DNA from: Bacteroidota bacterium
Lineage (GTDB): Bacteria; Bacteroidota; Bacteroidia; 2-12-FULL-35-15
DNA: 64,000 nt
Direction of reading: 5' to 3'
Assembly (NCBI GenBank): GCA_021323165.1
Contig: JAJTCJ010000003.1
Location: forward strand, 4,321-68,320
This document shows positions 31,118-41,300 of the stretch, one piece after another (positions within the stretch are counted from its first letter, which is position 1; each line of letters opens with the position of its first letter). Under the pieces are notes generated by a model. It worked only from the letters and a program-made list of their open reading frames with translations, was not told the origin of the DNA and searched no databases. A program made the position numbers and the translations under genes.

Positions 31118-31561
31118 ATGAAAAGAATCTTTACCTTATTTAGCCTGATTATCGGGGTAGCTGCCCTAAATGCTCAAACCGTTAAAAAAACGGATGATGA
31201 AAGTAATTGTTATTTAAAATGGGCACAAAAATTTGAATCCCGCGGTGCTGAAGAAGTGAGCGATGGCGTCTATCCTGATGTGATCATTACTTTCAGAAAT
31301 GGCGGAGATGCAGAATGTTACAATGGTAAGGTTGAAGTGAAAGAGGGAAAGGTTATCTCAATGTTCCTTAAAATGGAAGATGGGTCTTACGAGGTTGTAA
31401 AGAAGAAATCAAAGTATGATAACATTCCTGTGAAAGTTACAAATGGGATGTCAAGTACTGTTGTAACTAAGGAAGATGAACTTATTAATGTACTTTTCAT
31501 TAAAAAGATCAAACCTAAAAAAGCCGGATTTGAGAAAGCTCCGGATCCTAATGATGATTAA
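31118..31561 (+). CDS. secreted hypothetical protein
   Basis: ATG 31118 gives the signal peptide MKRIFTLFSLIIGVAALNAQ. The TTG 31094 extension is not needed. Confidence 0.55.
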   Translation: MKRIFTLFSLIIGVAALNAQTVKKTDDESNCYLKWAQKFESRGAEEVSDGVYPDVIITFRNGGDAECYNGKVEVKEGKVISMFLKMEDGSYEVVKKKSKYDNIPVKVTNGMSSTVVTKEDELINVLFIKKIKPKKAGFEKAPDPNDD

Positions 31562-31582
31562 TTAAACAAAACAATATTCAAC

Positions 31583-31616
31583 AAAAAAGCCTCCCGATCT
31601 TCGGGAGGCTTTTTTA
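31583..31616. terminator. bidirectional rho-independent terminator
   Basis: 9-bp perfect stem GCCTCCCGA / TCGGGAGGC (31589-31597 / 31601-31609) flanked by A6 and T6, between convergent genes. Confidence 0.8.
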
Positions 31617-31637
31617 TTGCTCAGAGATATTAAGGAT

Positions 31638-31889
31638 TTAGTTTTCGAATAGCTCAAATTCATAAGATTCCATGATCTGATTAGCCAGCAGCTTTTTGCA
31701 CGCCTCATCAACTTTACTTTTTGCAGCTTCTTTGGATGCAGCTTCTATTTCGAGAGTGATATGCTTACCAATTCTTACATTTTCAATTTCCGGTAAACCA
31801 AGATTCTTCATACTGCCTGTAACCGCTTTTCCTTGTGGATCAAGTAATGCTTTTAATGGCATCACATCTATTTCTGCTCTGAATTTCAT
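31638..31889 (-). CDS. purS: phosphoribosylformylglycinamidine synthase subunit PurS
   Basis: 83 aa with the PurS-like pattern V.PK..VLDPQG.AV...L..LG...V..VR.GK. Confidence 0.8.
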   Translation of the reverse strand: MKFRAEIDVMPLKALLDPQGKAVTGSMKNLGLPEIENVRIGKHITLEIEAASKEAAKSKVDEACKKLLANQIMESYEFELFEN

Positions 31890-32662
31890 TTATTTAAGTT
31901 TTTAAGTTTTTTTCTTCTTTTCCGTCTTTGTCTAAAGTTACTTCCGATAGATAAAACAATGTACAAAAATATGATAAAAGGGATTGCAATGAATTGAAAT
32001 AGTATTAACAAAAAGACTGAAATTATTAAAAATGAAAACCTGATACGATTAGGCTGCCATCTGAATGATTTGAATTTTAAAGCGAAAAGCGGAAGTTCAG
32101 CGACCAGTAAGAATGACATAATAATCGTTAATCCTACCAATAAATAAGGATTCAGAAGAAAAGGCTCATAGTTATCATATCCCTTATTCTGAAATTTTAA
32201 TATAAGCGGTAATGAACAGATCAGAATACTGTTTGCCGGTGTAGGAACACCAATGAAAGAATCACTCTGGCGCGTATCGATATTGAATTTTGCCAAACGA
32301 AGGCCAGAAAAGACAGTTATAAAAAATCCAAAATATGGAAGAACAGGATTGCCCATCGGGGTTTCAGTGATGGGAACCGCTAAAGCATAATTGAGGCCTT
32401 GTTGTATTAAATGGTACATTACAACCCCGGGAACCACTCCAAATGTGACCATGTCTGCCAACGAATCAAGCTGTTTGCCAAGTTCGCCTCCTACTTTCAA
32501 TATTCGGGCAACAAATCCGTCAAAGAAGTCGAGAACAGCTGCGATTCCTACCAGATATGCACTGATCACCAGATTACCGTTAAACGCAGAAACAATTGCT
32601 GCACAACCACAGAACAAATTGCCGCAGGTGATCGCATTCGGAAAGTGCTTTAAGAGTTTCAT
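31886..32662 (-). CDS. pssA: CDP-diacylglycerol--serine O-phosphatidyltransferase
   Basis: CDP-alcohol phosphatidyltransferase motif DFFDGFVARILKVGGELGKQLDSLADMV. 4-bp overlap with purS. Confidence 0.85.
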   Translation of the reverse strand: MKLLKHFPNAITCGNLFCGCAAIVSAFNGNLVISAYLVGIAAVLDFFDGFVARILKVGGELGKQLDSLADMVTFGVVPGVVMYHLIQQGLNYALAVPITETPMGNPVLPYFGFFITVFSGLRLAKFNIDTRQSDSFIGVPTPANSILICSLPLILKFQNKGYDNYEPFLLNPYLLVGLTIIMSFLLVAELPLFALKFKSFRWQPNRIRFSFLIISVFLLILFQFIAIPFIIFLYIVLSIGSNFRQRRKRRKKLKNLNK

Positions 32663-32768
32663 CTTTGGCGAAAATACTATTTTTTGCTGAATTAATCTTC
32701 TTTACAGAAACGGATGATGGAGCTGATCTTTGAAGAATCAGAGAATAGTTTTTACATATCTTTATAAC

Positions 32769-34196
32769 ATGCAATTTATTTTGCCTGCCGTTTACTGTCT
32801 AGTGTTCATTTTCCTTATTGGTAAGATGAATTTTTTTGAAAATGCTTTTCTTTCAAGAACCAGGCTCGTTGTGTTGTTTTTTTTGAAAATAGCAGCAGCT
32901 GTTTCTGTCTGGCTTCTTTACACTTTTTATTATTCAGGTTCCGATTTCCTGACTTATTTTTCAGACAGTTCCGTTTTAATTCACAACTTGTTTAACCCGG
33001 ATCATCAGGAATATTCTTCAGTTTGGGAAGGAAGCTTTAATAATTCAGTATTTAATAGTGCCAGAATGATGATTTGTCTTAATGCCTTTTTGCATATTTT
33101 TTCCTTTGGTAACTTTTATGTTCATGGCTTGTTCTTTTGCTTTTTTTCTTTTCTGGGACTTGTTGCTTTATTAAAAAATATTGCAAATCATTTTCCTGAG
33201 AAGAGGAACGTAATAATCGCTCTGTTCTTTATACCTAGTATTATCTTCTGGGGATCAGCACCGCTTAAAGAATCTGTAATTATAGGAGTGGCCGGGTTGC
33301 TTGTGTTTTTAACTGATTTTGGGCTTAGAATAAATTATTCTAAAAAAACAATTTTGATGGTCTTTTTAATGGTTGGTTTACTCTCTGTTTTAAAAATATA
33401 TGTGCTGCTTGCTTTATTTCCTTTGTTAATTACCAATCAGCTTATTGCCAGAACTTCTGTACGGTTTGTTTTACTTAAATATATTGCTGTATTTGCATTG
33501 ATGGCAGCATGCCTGTTTCTAAGCTCTCTTATAAGTGATGAATTAAATATTTTAAAGATCATTTCGGATAAACAGGCTAAAGCAATAAGTGAGGCTAAAG
33601 GAGGAATATTTTTAGCTGATGATAAAAATTTTGTGTGTGTTGACTATGGTAAGAAAAATGATGTTCTGGAAATGATCACTGACAGCACATATCGTATAAA
33701 GAAAGGAAGCACTTTCATGAGCTGGAAGTTGGAAAATATGTCGGACACAACTTTTGTTGTCAACTCACAGGATACATCAATCTATAAGATCCTTTACCAG
33801 CAGATTCCTGCACGTTCTGTGATTCCTGTCAGGAAACTAAAACCGGTTATAACTGAATACTTAGCGTACACTCCAATAGCTTTTATTAATACATTGATAA
33901 GGCCCGGTTTCTGGGAAATAAGATCCTGGCTTCAGCTGATCATGGTTATAGAAAATTTATGGATTGTATTTCTTATCGTTTTATCGATTGTGTTTTTTGA
34001 TAAAGGAATTCTGAATAAAAAACACATCGTGATATTCTGTATTTTGTTTTCCTTAATAATATTTGTTCTGATAGGATTAACTACTCCTGTAATAGGTGCG
34101 ATGGTCAGATATAAAACCATTGGCTTGCTTTTTCTCAGCGTTGCTTGTATCATTATGCTGGACACAAATAGGCTCAGAAAAATATTTTCCAGATAG
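32769..34196 (+). CDS. large polytopic membrane protein, function unknown
   Basis: About 10 or more TM segments with a ~110-aa soluble loop. ATG 32769 preferred over TTG 32730. Its stop abuts the stop of the convergent GT-C gene. Confidence 0.55.
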   Translation: MQFILPAVYCLVFIFLIGKMNFFENAFLSRTRLVVLFFLKIAAAVSVWLLYTFYYSGSDFLTYFSDSSVLIHNLFNPDHQEYSSVWEGSFNNSVFNSARMMICLNAFLHIFSFGNFYVHGLFFCFFSFLGLVALLKNIANHFPEKRNVIIALFFIPSIIFWGSAPLKESVIIGVAGLLVFLTDFGLRINYSKKTILMVFLMVGLLSVLKIYVLLALFPLLITNQLIARTSVRFVLLKYIAVFALMAACLFLSSLISDELNILKIISDKQAKAISEAKGGIFLADDKNFVCVDYGKKNDVLEMITDSTYRIKKGSTFMSWKLENMSDTTFVVNSQDTSIYKILYQQIPARSVIPVRKLKPVITEYLAYTPIAFINTLIRPGFWEIRSWLQLIMVIENLWIVFLIVLSIVFFDKGILNKKHIVIFCILFSLIIFVLIGLTTPVIGAMVRYKTIGLLFLSVACIIMLDTNRLRKIFSR

Positions 34197-35576
34197 TTAT
34201 TCTCCGGGATTTTTATACAAAGAAATATACACCTGACCGGATGCGAATTTTTTCACAAGAAGCCAGCTTGCCTTAACCTCTTCCACCTGAAACGGAATAT
34301 CTGTATTAATGATGTTGGTTTGAAGGAAATAAGAATAATCACTGATAGGTCCGCTCCAGACATTAGTATAACTAAATGATGAATCACTCAGATTAGAAAA
34401 ACGTGTATCAGCAATCAATGGATATTGTGTTCCTATTTCTTTGTTGGAAATATTCTTCTGCAGGATAAATTCATCCATCTGGTCTTTCAATTTAAAATAA
34501 GGAATAACTTTTAACGAAGAATCCCATGCGTTTCCATAACGTTCCGGATAGATCCAAAAGTTACCTGAAACCAGACTTATAGTAAATAAACCAGCACATA
34601 TGTTTCTGATAATTTTGTCAGGAATGGATTGCAACAGGTAACAAACAAAAATATTTAGCAATAAAAAAATCCCCAAAAAATATTTTGGTCCTATAGGATT
34701 TGATAATGGCGACATCCAAATGGTGAGGATTAATAAGGGAATGAAAATTATTGTGGATAAAAGCTTGAATTCGGGAGTTCCGTTTCTTCTGAAGAACACT
34801 AAACCGTAGAAAACTACAAAGCTCCACAAAATTATCCGGCCCTGATCTACAAGTTTCCAGCCAATGTAAAATATTTTCTTAAGGGTCATAAAAGGCGAAG
34901 TCCAGGCTTCGTCCGTATATTCACGAAGAGGAGAGAAAAATAACCAGCCTGTTTTTTCTTTATGAAAAAGCGTCCAGATAATTAATGCGATAAGAGCAGG
35001 AATATATTTTAAGAAGATTATCCCGGCCTTTTTAAATATGAACATATCAATTACAAAAAGAGAGCATCCTAACATAATTCCTCTCATACTGCTCATGCAG
35101 AGAAATACCAGTGCAATTGAAAAAGTCCATTTTCTTTCATTAAGTAAGGCATTTAATGCTATCATAAAAAAGCAAACCATGAGTATGTCATATCCCATGA
35201 GTATAGCCTGAGTGGAGAGAACAGGTTCCGCAATTAGTAATATGAATGCATGTTTAATGGTAGAAGGCTGCAGGAATCGTTTAGCGAGTTTGAAGTATTC
35301 AATTATTATAACAATTAAAAAAGGTAAAACCGCTAAATGAGATACTACTAAGGATTTCCCGAAGATCTTCCATACAGCTGCTAAATAAAGTGAATACATA
35401 GGGAAGCCTCCTGTATCCGGAATTTCATTGTTTAGAATTTCACTGAAATTGTTATTGAAATAGTGTACAGCTATCTCTGAGAAAAAAGTGCCGTCCCAGA
35501 AAAAGGGGATATTTAAACTGACTAGAATAAGTATCAGAAAAAAGAATAAAGAAAAGTAGAGGTACTTATTCTGCAT
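34197..35576 (-). CDS. GT-C fold membrane glycosyltransferase, ArnT/PMT_2-like
   Basis: 459 aa with about 11 TM helices. First-loop FFWDGTFFSEIA, PMYSLYLAAVWKIFGKS and YDILMVCFFMIALNAL patterns. Confidence 0.65.
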   Translation of the reverse strand: MQNKYLYFSLFFFLILILVSLNIPFFWDGTFFSEIAVHYFNNNFSEILNNEIPDTGGFPMYSLYLAAVWKIFGKSLVVSHLAVLPFLIVIIIEYFKLAKRFLQPSTIKHAFILLIAEPVLSTQAILMGYDILMVCFFMIALNALLNERKWTFSIALVFLCMSSMRGIMLGCSLFVIDMFIFKKAGIIFLKYIPALIALIIWTLFHKEKTGWLFFSPLREYTDEAWTSPFMTLKKIFYIGWKLVDQGRIILWSFVVFYGLVFFRRNGTPEFKLLSTIIFIPLLILTIWMSPLSNPIGPKYFLGIFLLLNIFVCYLLQSIPDKIIRNICAGLFTISLVSGNFWIYPERYGNAWDSSLKVIPYFKLKDQMDEFILQKNISNKEIGTQYPLIADTRFSNLSDSSFSYTNVWSGPISDYSYFLQTNIINTDIPFQVEEVKASWLLVKKFASGQVYISLYKNPGE

Positions 35577-36504
35577 TATCAGCGCTCTTTACTATTTCCG
35601 CAATGCTGTACTGAGGTTTATTATTTACAGCAAGATACATTCTGCCGATATACTCACCAACAATACCAAGTGTAATTAAAATTAAACCGCTGAAGAGAAT
35701 GATCAGAACAACGACAGTGGTCCAGCCTTCTATGTAGTTTTTTGTAACAAAGTAATCATACAGATATTTAATAAGCAGGCAAATCCCAACAAGTGTTGCT
35801 ATACACCCTGTAAATGTTGCAATGCGGAGTGGTATCACCGAAAAGCCGGTAAACAGTTTCATAAATACAGAAAAGGATCTTGTGAACGAATAATTACTTT
35901 TTCCGGAATTTCGTTTGTGATGTTCTATATTAACTTGTGTAATACTTGAGGTTATGCTGAGAAGGATGCCGTCAATATAAGGATACGGACCTCCGAATTT
36001 AATGATCTCATTTACTGTAGAACGGTTAATTACTTTGAACGGAGAAAGATAGATTTCCTTTGGTTTTTGAACTAATAATTGAGCCATTCGGCCATTAAGA
36101 TCACTTCCGGTATTCTTGACAAAATTTTGCTTTTTTGAAATAAAATTTCCATAACAAACATCAAAGCCTTTTAAACAGGCTTGGTATAGAGTGATGATAT
36201 CAGAAGGATTATGCTGCAAGTCATCATCCATAATAACAACATAATTGCCTCTTGATGATCTTAAACCGGCAAGAAGAGCATTATCCTGTCCACTGTTCTT
36301 TCTTAATTGCAAACCGGTAATGTTTGAATTAGTAAGAGCGAGCGATCGTATCTTTTCCCAGCTGTTATCAATACTGCCGTCATTAACAAAAATAATCTCG
36401 TGATCAATTCCTTCCAAAGCTTTACACAATTGCCCATGCAGCTCAGTTATAATTGCTGAACTGTTATAAACAGGAATAACTATGCTTATTTCGGGAAAAT
36501 TCAT
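35566..36504 (-). CDS. GT2 polyprenyl-phosphate glycosyltransferase (ArnC/GtrB-like)
   Basis: VIPVYNS, VNDGSIDNS and IMDDDLQH motifs, plus two C-terminal TM helices ending IVGEYIGRMY. Confidence 0.8.
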   Translation of the reverse strand: MNFPEISIVIPVYNSSAIITELHGQLCKALEGIDHEIIFVNDGSIDNSWEKIRSLALTNSNITGLQLRKNSGQDNALLAGLRSSRGNYVVIMDDDLQHNPSDIITLYQACLKGFDVCYGNFISKKQNFVKNTGSDLNGRMAQLLVQKPKEIYLSPFKVINRSTVNEIIKFGGPYPYIDGILLSITSSITQVNIEHHKRNSGKSNYSFTRSFSVFMKLFTGFSVIPLRIATFTGCIATLVGICLLIKYLYDYFVTKNYIEGWTTVVVLIILFSGLILITLGIVGEYIGRMYLAVNNKPQYSIAEIVKSADNAE

Positions 36505-37118
36505 TTATTTAATTCGATGATGATATCCTTGCTGATCCGATCCCGGATAGTAAAAGTAAAATTTAATTTATTGCTTAAAGATTCAAGTTCCTTTATTAAT
36601 GTGGTTTCTGTATACCTGAATTCCTGTTCTTTGCCTTTAACTGAAGCGGAGCGTTTGGCTAATTTACCAATAATTCCTGTTTGATCGGAAAGATTAATGA
36701 CAGGTTCAGAGATAAGTATACGTGGAGCAGATTCAAACATTTTTTTTATCAGGGCTTCCAGCCCCGAATGAAAATGATAAAGAGAGCCAGTTATGATACA
36801 AACTTCTGCTTTTTCTAAACCGGGAATAGTATTCAGATCGGATAATTCCGCATTATATCCTTTTGATTTGGCATGTTCAACGAATCCTGCATTGATATCA
36901 TAACCTTTCCATGAAATTTTATTCTTAAAACAATGATCAGCAATATAAGTGTCACCAAAACATAACTCAATTGCATTTTTTTCTTTTAGAAGCTTAATAA
37001 CCGCTTTAAACCGCTTCAGGTATTCACCTTTGTAAAGCAGGTTCATACAAAATCTGTAGATCCGTATGTTTGAGTATATAAACGCGGTTTTTGTCACTGT
37101 TCTCAAGGCTTTCTGCAA
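36501..37118 (-). CDS. class I SAM-dependent methyltransferase
   Basis: Motif I-like IELCFGDT, GYDIN, and VCIITGSLYHF. TTG start at 37118, with ATG 37046 as the alternative. Confidence 0.6.
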   Translation of the reverse strand: MQKALRTVTKTAFIYSNIRIYRFCMNLLYKGEYLKRFKAVIKLLKEKNAIELCFGDTYIADHCFKNKISWKGYDINAGFVEHAKSKGYNAELSDLNTIPGLEKAEVCIITGSLYHFHSGLEALIKKMFESAPRILISEPVINLSDQTGIIGKLAKRSASVKGKEQEFRYTETTLIKELESLSNKLNFTFTIRDRISKDIIIELNK

Positions 37119-37207
37119 ATATAAGAATTGAAGGCAATAATAACCTGAAAGTGCCGTTATTGTTCGTTTGCAAATGAAATTAAAATGTCTTATTTTTATA
37201 TCCGTTT

Positions 37208-38290
37208 ATGAAGAAAACCGTAATCACATTTTTGTCTGCAGTTCTGTTTGCAACAGGTGTAAAGGCTCAGGCTCCAAAGTACAGTAACGAATTTCTGAAC
37301 ATTGGAGTAGGGGCGAGAGCATTAGGAATGTCCAATTCCTATGTTACTTCCGTAAATGATGTAACAGCAGGTTATTGGAATCCGGCCGGCCTGAACGGTA
37401 TTGGAAACCAGCATCAGGTAGCTCTTATGCACAGTGAATATTTTGCAGGTATTGCAAAGTACGATTATGGAGCATTCGCGACCCGTTTGGATAGTGCAAG
37501 TGTTTTGGGTATAAGCCTCATACGTTTTGGTGTTGATGATATTCCGAATACTACTGAACTTATTGATGCCAACGGAAATGTTGATTATGACAGAATAACT
37601 ACCTTCTCTGCGGTTGATTGGGGCTTTTTAGTTTCTTATGCAAAAAAATCTAAGATCAAAGGGCTTAATCTGGGCGGAAGTGTTAAAATAATCAGAAGAA
37701 AAGTTGGTGATTTTGCTGGTGCCTGGGGTTTCGGACTGGATGCAGGAGCTCAATATGATCATAATAAATGGAAGTTTGCCGCAATGGCGAGAGATGTAAC
37801 TTCTACTTTTAATGCCTGGAGTTATAATCTTTCTGATGAAACAAAAGCAGTATTTCTCCAGACAGGAAATGAGATCCCGGAAAATGGAGTAGAGATCACC
37901 CTTCCTAAATTGATCCTTGGTGCTTCCAGAAAATTCGATCTTTCAAAAAAAATATCACTTCTTGCTGAAGTTAATCTCGACAATACTTTTGACGGGAAAA
38001 GGAACGTTCTTGTGAAGACCAATGTGATCAGTATGGATCCGCATATTGGAATTGAGGCTGGTTACATGGATATGATCTTTTTAAGGGGTGGTATTGGTAA
38101 CTTTCAATCTTACACAGATGCTGATGGCAAAAAGGTTCGTACTCTCCAGCCTAATATAGGTGTTGGGGTAAGGATAAAATCTATTTATATAGACTATGCA
38201 TTGACTGATATTGGCGATCAATCTGTTGCATTATATTCCAATGTATTCTCGATTAAGATCGACATTAATAAGAAAAAGCCCAAATCGTAA
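37208..38290 (+). CDS. PorV/PorQ-family outer-membrane beta-barrel (T9SS)
   Basis: Signal peptide and the FLNIGVGARALGMSNSYV...AGYWNPAGL N-terminal pattern. Strand-like throughout. Confidence 0.6.
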   Translation: MKKTVITFLSAVLFATGVKAQAPKYSNEFLNIGVGARALGMSNSYVTSVNDVTAGYWNPAGLNGIGNQHQVALMHSEYFAGIAKYDYGAFATRLDSASVLGISLIRFGVDDIPNTTELIDANGNVDYDRITTFSAVDWGFLVSYAKKSKIKGLNLGGSVKIIRRKVGDFAGAWGFGLDAGAQYDHNKWKFAAMARDVTSTFNAWSYNLSDETKAVFLQTGNEIPENGVEITLPKLILGASRKFDLSKKISLLAEVNLDNTFDGKRNVLVKTNVISMDPHIGIEAGYMDMIFLRGGIGNFQSYTDADGKKVRTLQPNIGVGVRIKSIYIDYALTDIGDQSVALYSNVFSIKIDINKKKPKS

Positions 38291-38305
38291 AGATGGGATC
38301 CATAA

Positions 38306-41300
38306 ATGATAAAACGCTTATTTTCTTTATGCTTATTATTATTTGTGTTCATTGGTTTAAGGGCTCAGCCTTACGGCAATGAATGGATCAACTATTCTCA
38401 GAAGTATTACAAAATAAAAATTGCAAAGAATGGGATCTTTCGTATCGATTCTTTAACCCTTTCTTCTGCGGGTATCGATCTTAATACCATCGACCCTCAT
38501 CATTTCCAGATCTTTAACAAAGGAATAGAGCAGGCAATCTTCATTCAGGGTGAATCCGATAACGTTTTTAACAACGGTGATTTTATTGAATTCTATGCTG
38601 AAAAAAATGATGGGTCCTTGGATACGTTGTTGTATAAGAATACTTCATTTCTTCCTAATCCATATTATAGTCTTGTAAATGATACAGCTGTTTATTTTTT
38701 AACCTGGAATAATTCTGTTGCCGGAAGCCGGATGCAGCAGTTGGCTGATACTTCATTTTCCGCTTATACTCCTGTTGATTATTTTTTTAAAGAATCCATC
38801 AAAGATTTCCACTCATCTTATTTTGCCGGAGCTACGGATAATGTTGGCGGCACTGATGCACGATATACAGCAGCTGAAGGCTGGTTTGATGATGAAAATA
38901 ATGTGATCACTCCTGGACAAACTATTGCGTACAATAATATAATCAATACATCCGGCAGATTTTTATCCGGTCCTGATGCAATTGTTAAAACAGTGGTAGT
39001 CGGAGCTTCTAAGAATGTTTTGTTGCCCGGAGCTGATCATCGTTTAGCAATTGAATATGGACCATCTAATTCTTTGCTTGTTGACACTCTTTTTAAAGGA
39101 TACAGTTCCAATAGATTTATAAAAAGTGTACCTCTTACAAATTTGGGCAACACCTTTACAGATTTTAAATTTACAAGTGTCGCAAATGCAGGCTTTACTT
39201 CTAACCGTGCAGCTGTATCGTATATCTATGTGAAATACCCTCATATATTGGATCTTGAAAATAAAAGTAATTTTCTTTTTTATCTTCCTGATAATACTTC
39301 GGCTTCGCAATCATACCTGGATCTTAGTGGTTTCATTTCTTCAGGGACCTCCCGATTGTACGATCTTACGAATGGAAACAGAATAGATCTTGTTCAATCC
39401 GGATCTACTTTCAAAGTACTTGTTCCAAATGCTTCGAATGAAAAGAAATGTTATATAACGGCAGAATCAGATGTGTTCAATATTGCTTCGATCGAACCAG
39501 TATCAGCAAATGCGGAGTTCACTAACTTTCAGACATTGAATCCGGATTCTGCTTATGTGATCATTACGAATAAAAAGCTGATGAGTTCTGCGGACCAGTA
39601 TAAAGTTTACAGAAGCAATTTGGCCGGTGGTTCTCATTATGTGATCCTTGCTGATATCGATGAGCTTTATGATCAGTTCGCATATGGCCTCGTTAAAAGT
39701 CCTCTTGCGATCCGGGGTTTTGCAGATCAGCTTCTTGATGTTTCTTCTACACCTCCTGCAGGTTTGTTTTTACTCGGAAAATCAATTCACTTAAGTGATT
39801 GTCGTCAGGACGTGAATAATTATATAAATTGTCTTGTTCCATCATTCGGATATCCTTCAAGTGACAATCTGCTTACAGCAGGTTTAGACGGGTCGGTTCT
39901 TTCTCCTGCTATACCTACCGGGAGGCTTTCAGCGAAAACAGATGGGGATGTCATTATGTACCTTGATAAGATGAAGGACTATGAGCTATTAACTTCTCCT
40001 GAGGAATGGATGAAATATATTTTACATTTCGGTGGCGGAACAACAATTTATGAGCAAAGCTCTTTTAGAACTTATTTGAATAGATATAAAAGCATTATCG
40101 AGGATGTAAAATTTGGAGGTAGTGTTGTAAAAAGTTTTTTCAAAAACAGTCCTGCTCCTATAACCATCAACTCTTCAGATACACTGCGTGACCTCATAAA
40201 TAACGGAGTTGCTATGCTTACTTTTTTTGGGCATGCTTCCGGAAGCGGCTTCGACCAAAGTATCGATGATTGGAGCTCTTATCATCCTTTACCGGGAAGA
40301 TATCCTTTTCTGCTGGCCAATTCATGTTATGCAGGAGATTTTCATTCAACAGGTGAGAGTTCAAGCGAAGTATATACTTTTCAGGAAAACAATGGTGTGA
40401 TTGGTTATCTGGGCTCTGTTGGACTGGGAGTACCATACACTTTGGATTATTTTTCCACCGAATTTTATAAACAAATTTCAGATCTCAATTATAATAAAAG
40501 TGTTGGGAGTTCGATTCAAAAAGTGATTCAGGCTCTTGAACCGTTTGCATTAACACAGGGTGATTCATTATTGCGTCAAACATGTTATGAAATGAATCTT
40601 CACGGAGATCCGTTATTAAAAATTCATGGCTTTGATAAACCTGATTATAAGATCAGTAATAATGATGTTTATTTTGATCAGACAAGCAATGATAACACAG
40701 TTACTATATATGCTATTCGTAAGAATTTAGGCATGGCAGTGAATGATTCTATTTTCACGGAAGTTTTGCGGATACTTCCCAATGGTGATACATTAACCTA
40801 TCTGGTTAGGAACAGCGCTCCAAAATTTAAGGATACGATCTCTATTACTATCCCTATAGATTTTGTGAATGGTATTGGTTTAAATAAAATACAGATCACT
40901 CTTGACAGAAATCTTGAAGTCGATGAATCAGATGAAACAAATAACACTACCACTTTGATTGACCTCTTGATTGTAGGAGGAACTATAATTCCGGTATATC
41001 CTTATGAATTCGCGATTATCCCTAAAGACACTGTTACTCTTAAAGCAACCACAGCCAATATTTTTGCTCCGCTTACAGCTTACAGGTTTCAATTTGATAC
41101 AACAGACGCGTTTAACAGCCCTCTTAAAGATACAATCATCAATTCAACAGGTGGAGTTATTGAATGGCATCCTGATGTAACATTAACTAATAACACTGTT
41201 TATTACTGGCGTGTAAGTCCTGATTCTACTAGTCCTTTAAATCCTTTCGCCTGGAGGGAAAGCTCGTTTCAGTATATTTCTCAAAAAAAGGGTTGGGAGC

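Noticed and set aside
31886-31889. 4-bp overlap coupling pssA to purS
   Set aside because: This is ordinary operon compaction of unrelated housekeeping genes. No regulatory element is visible.
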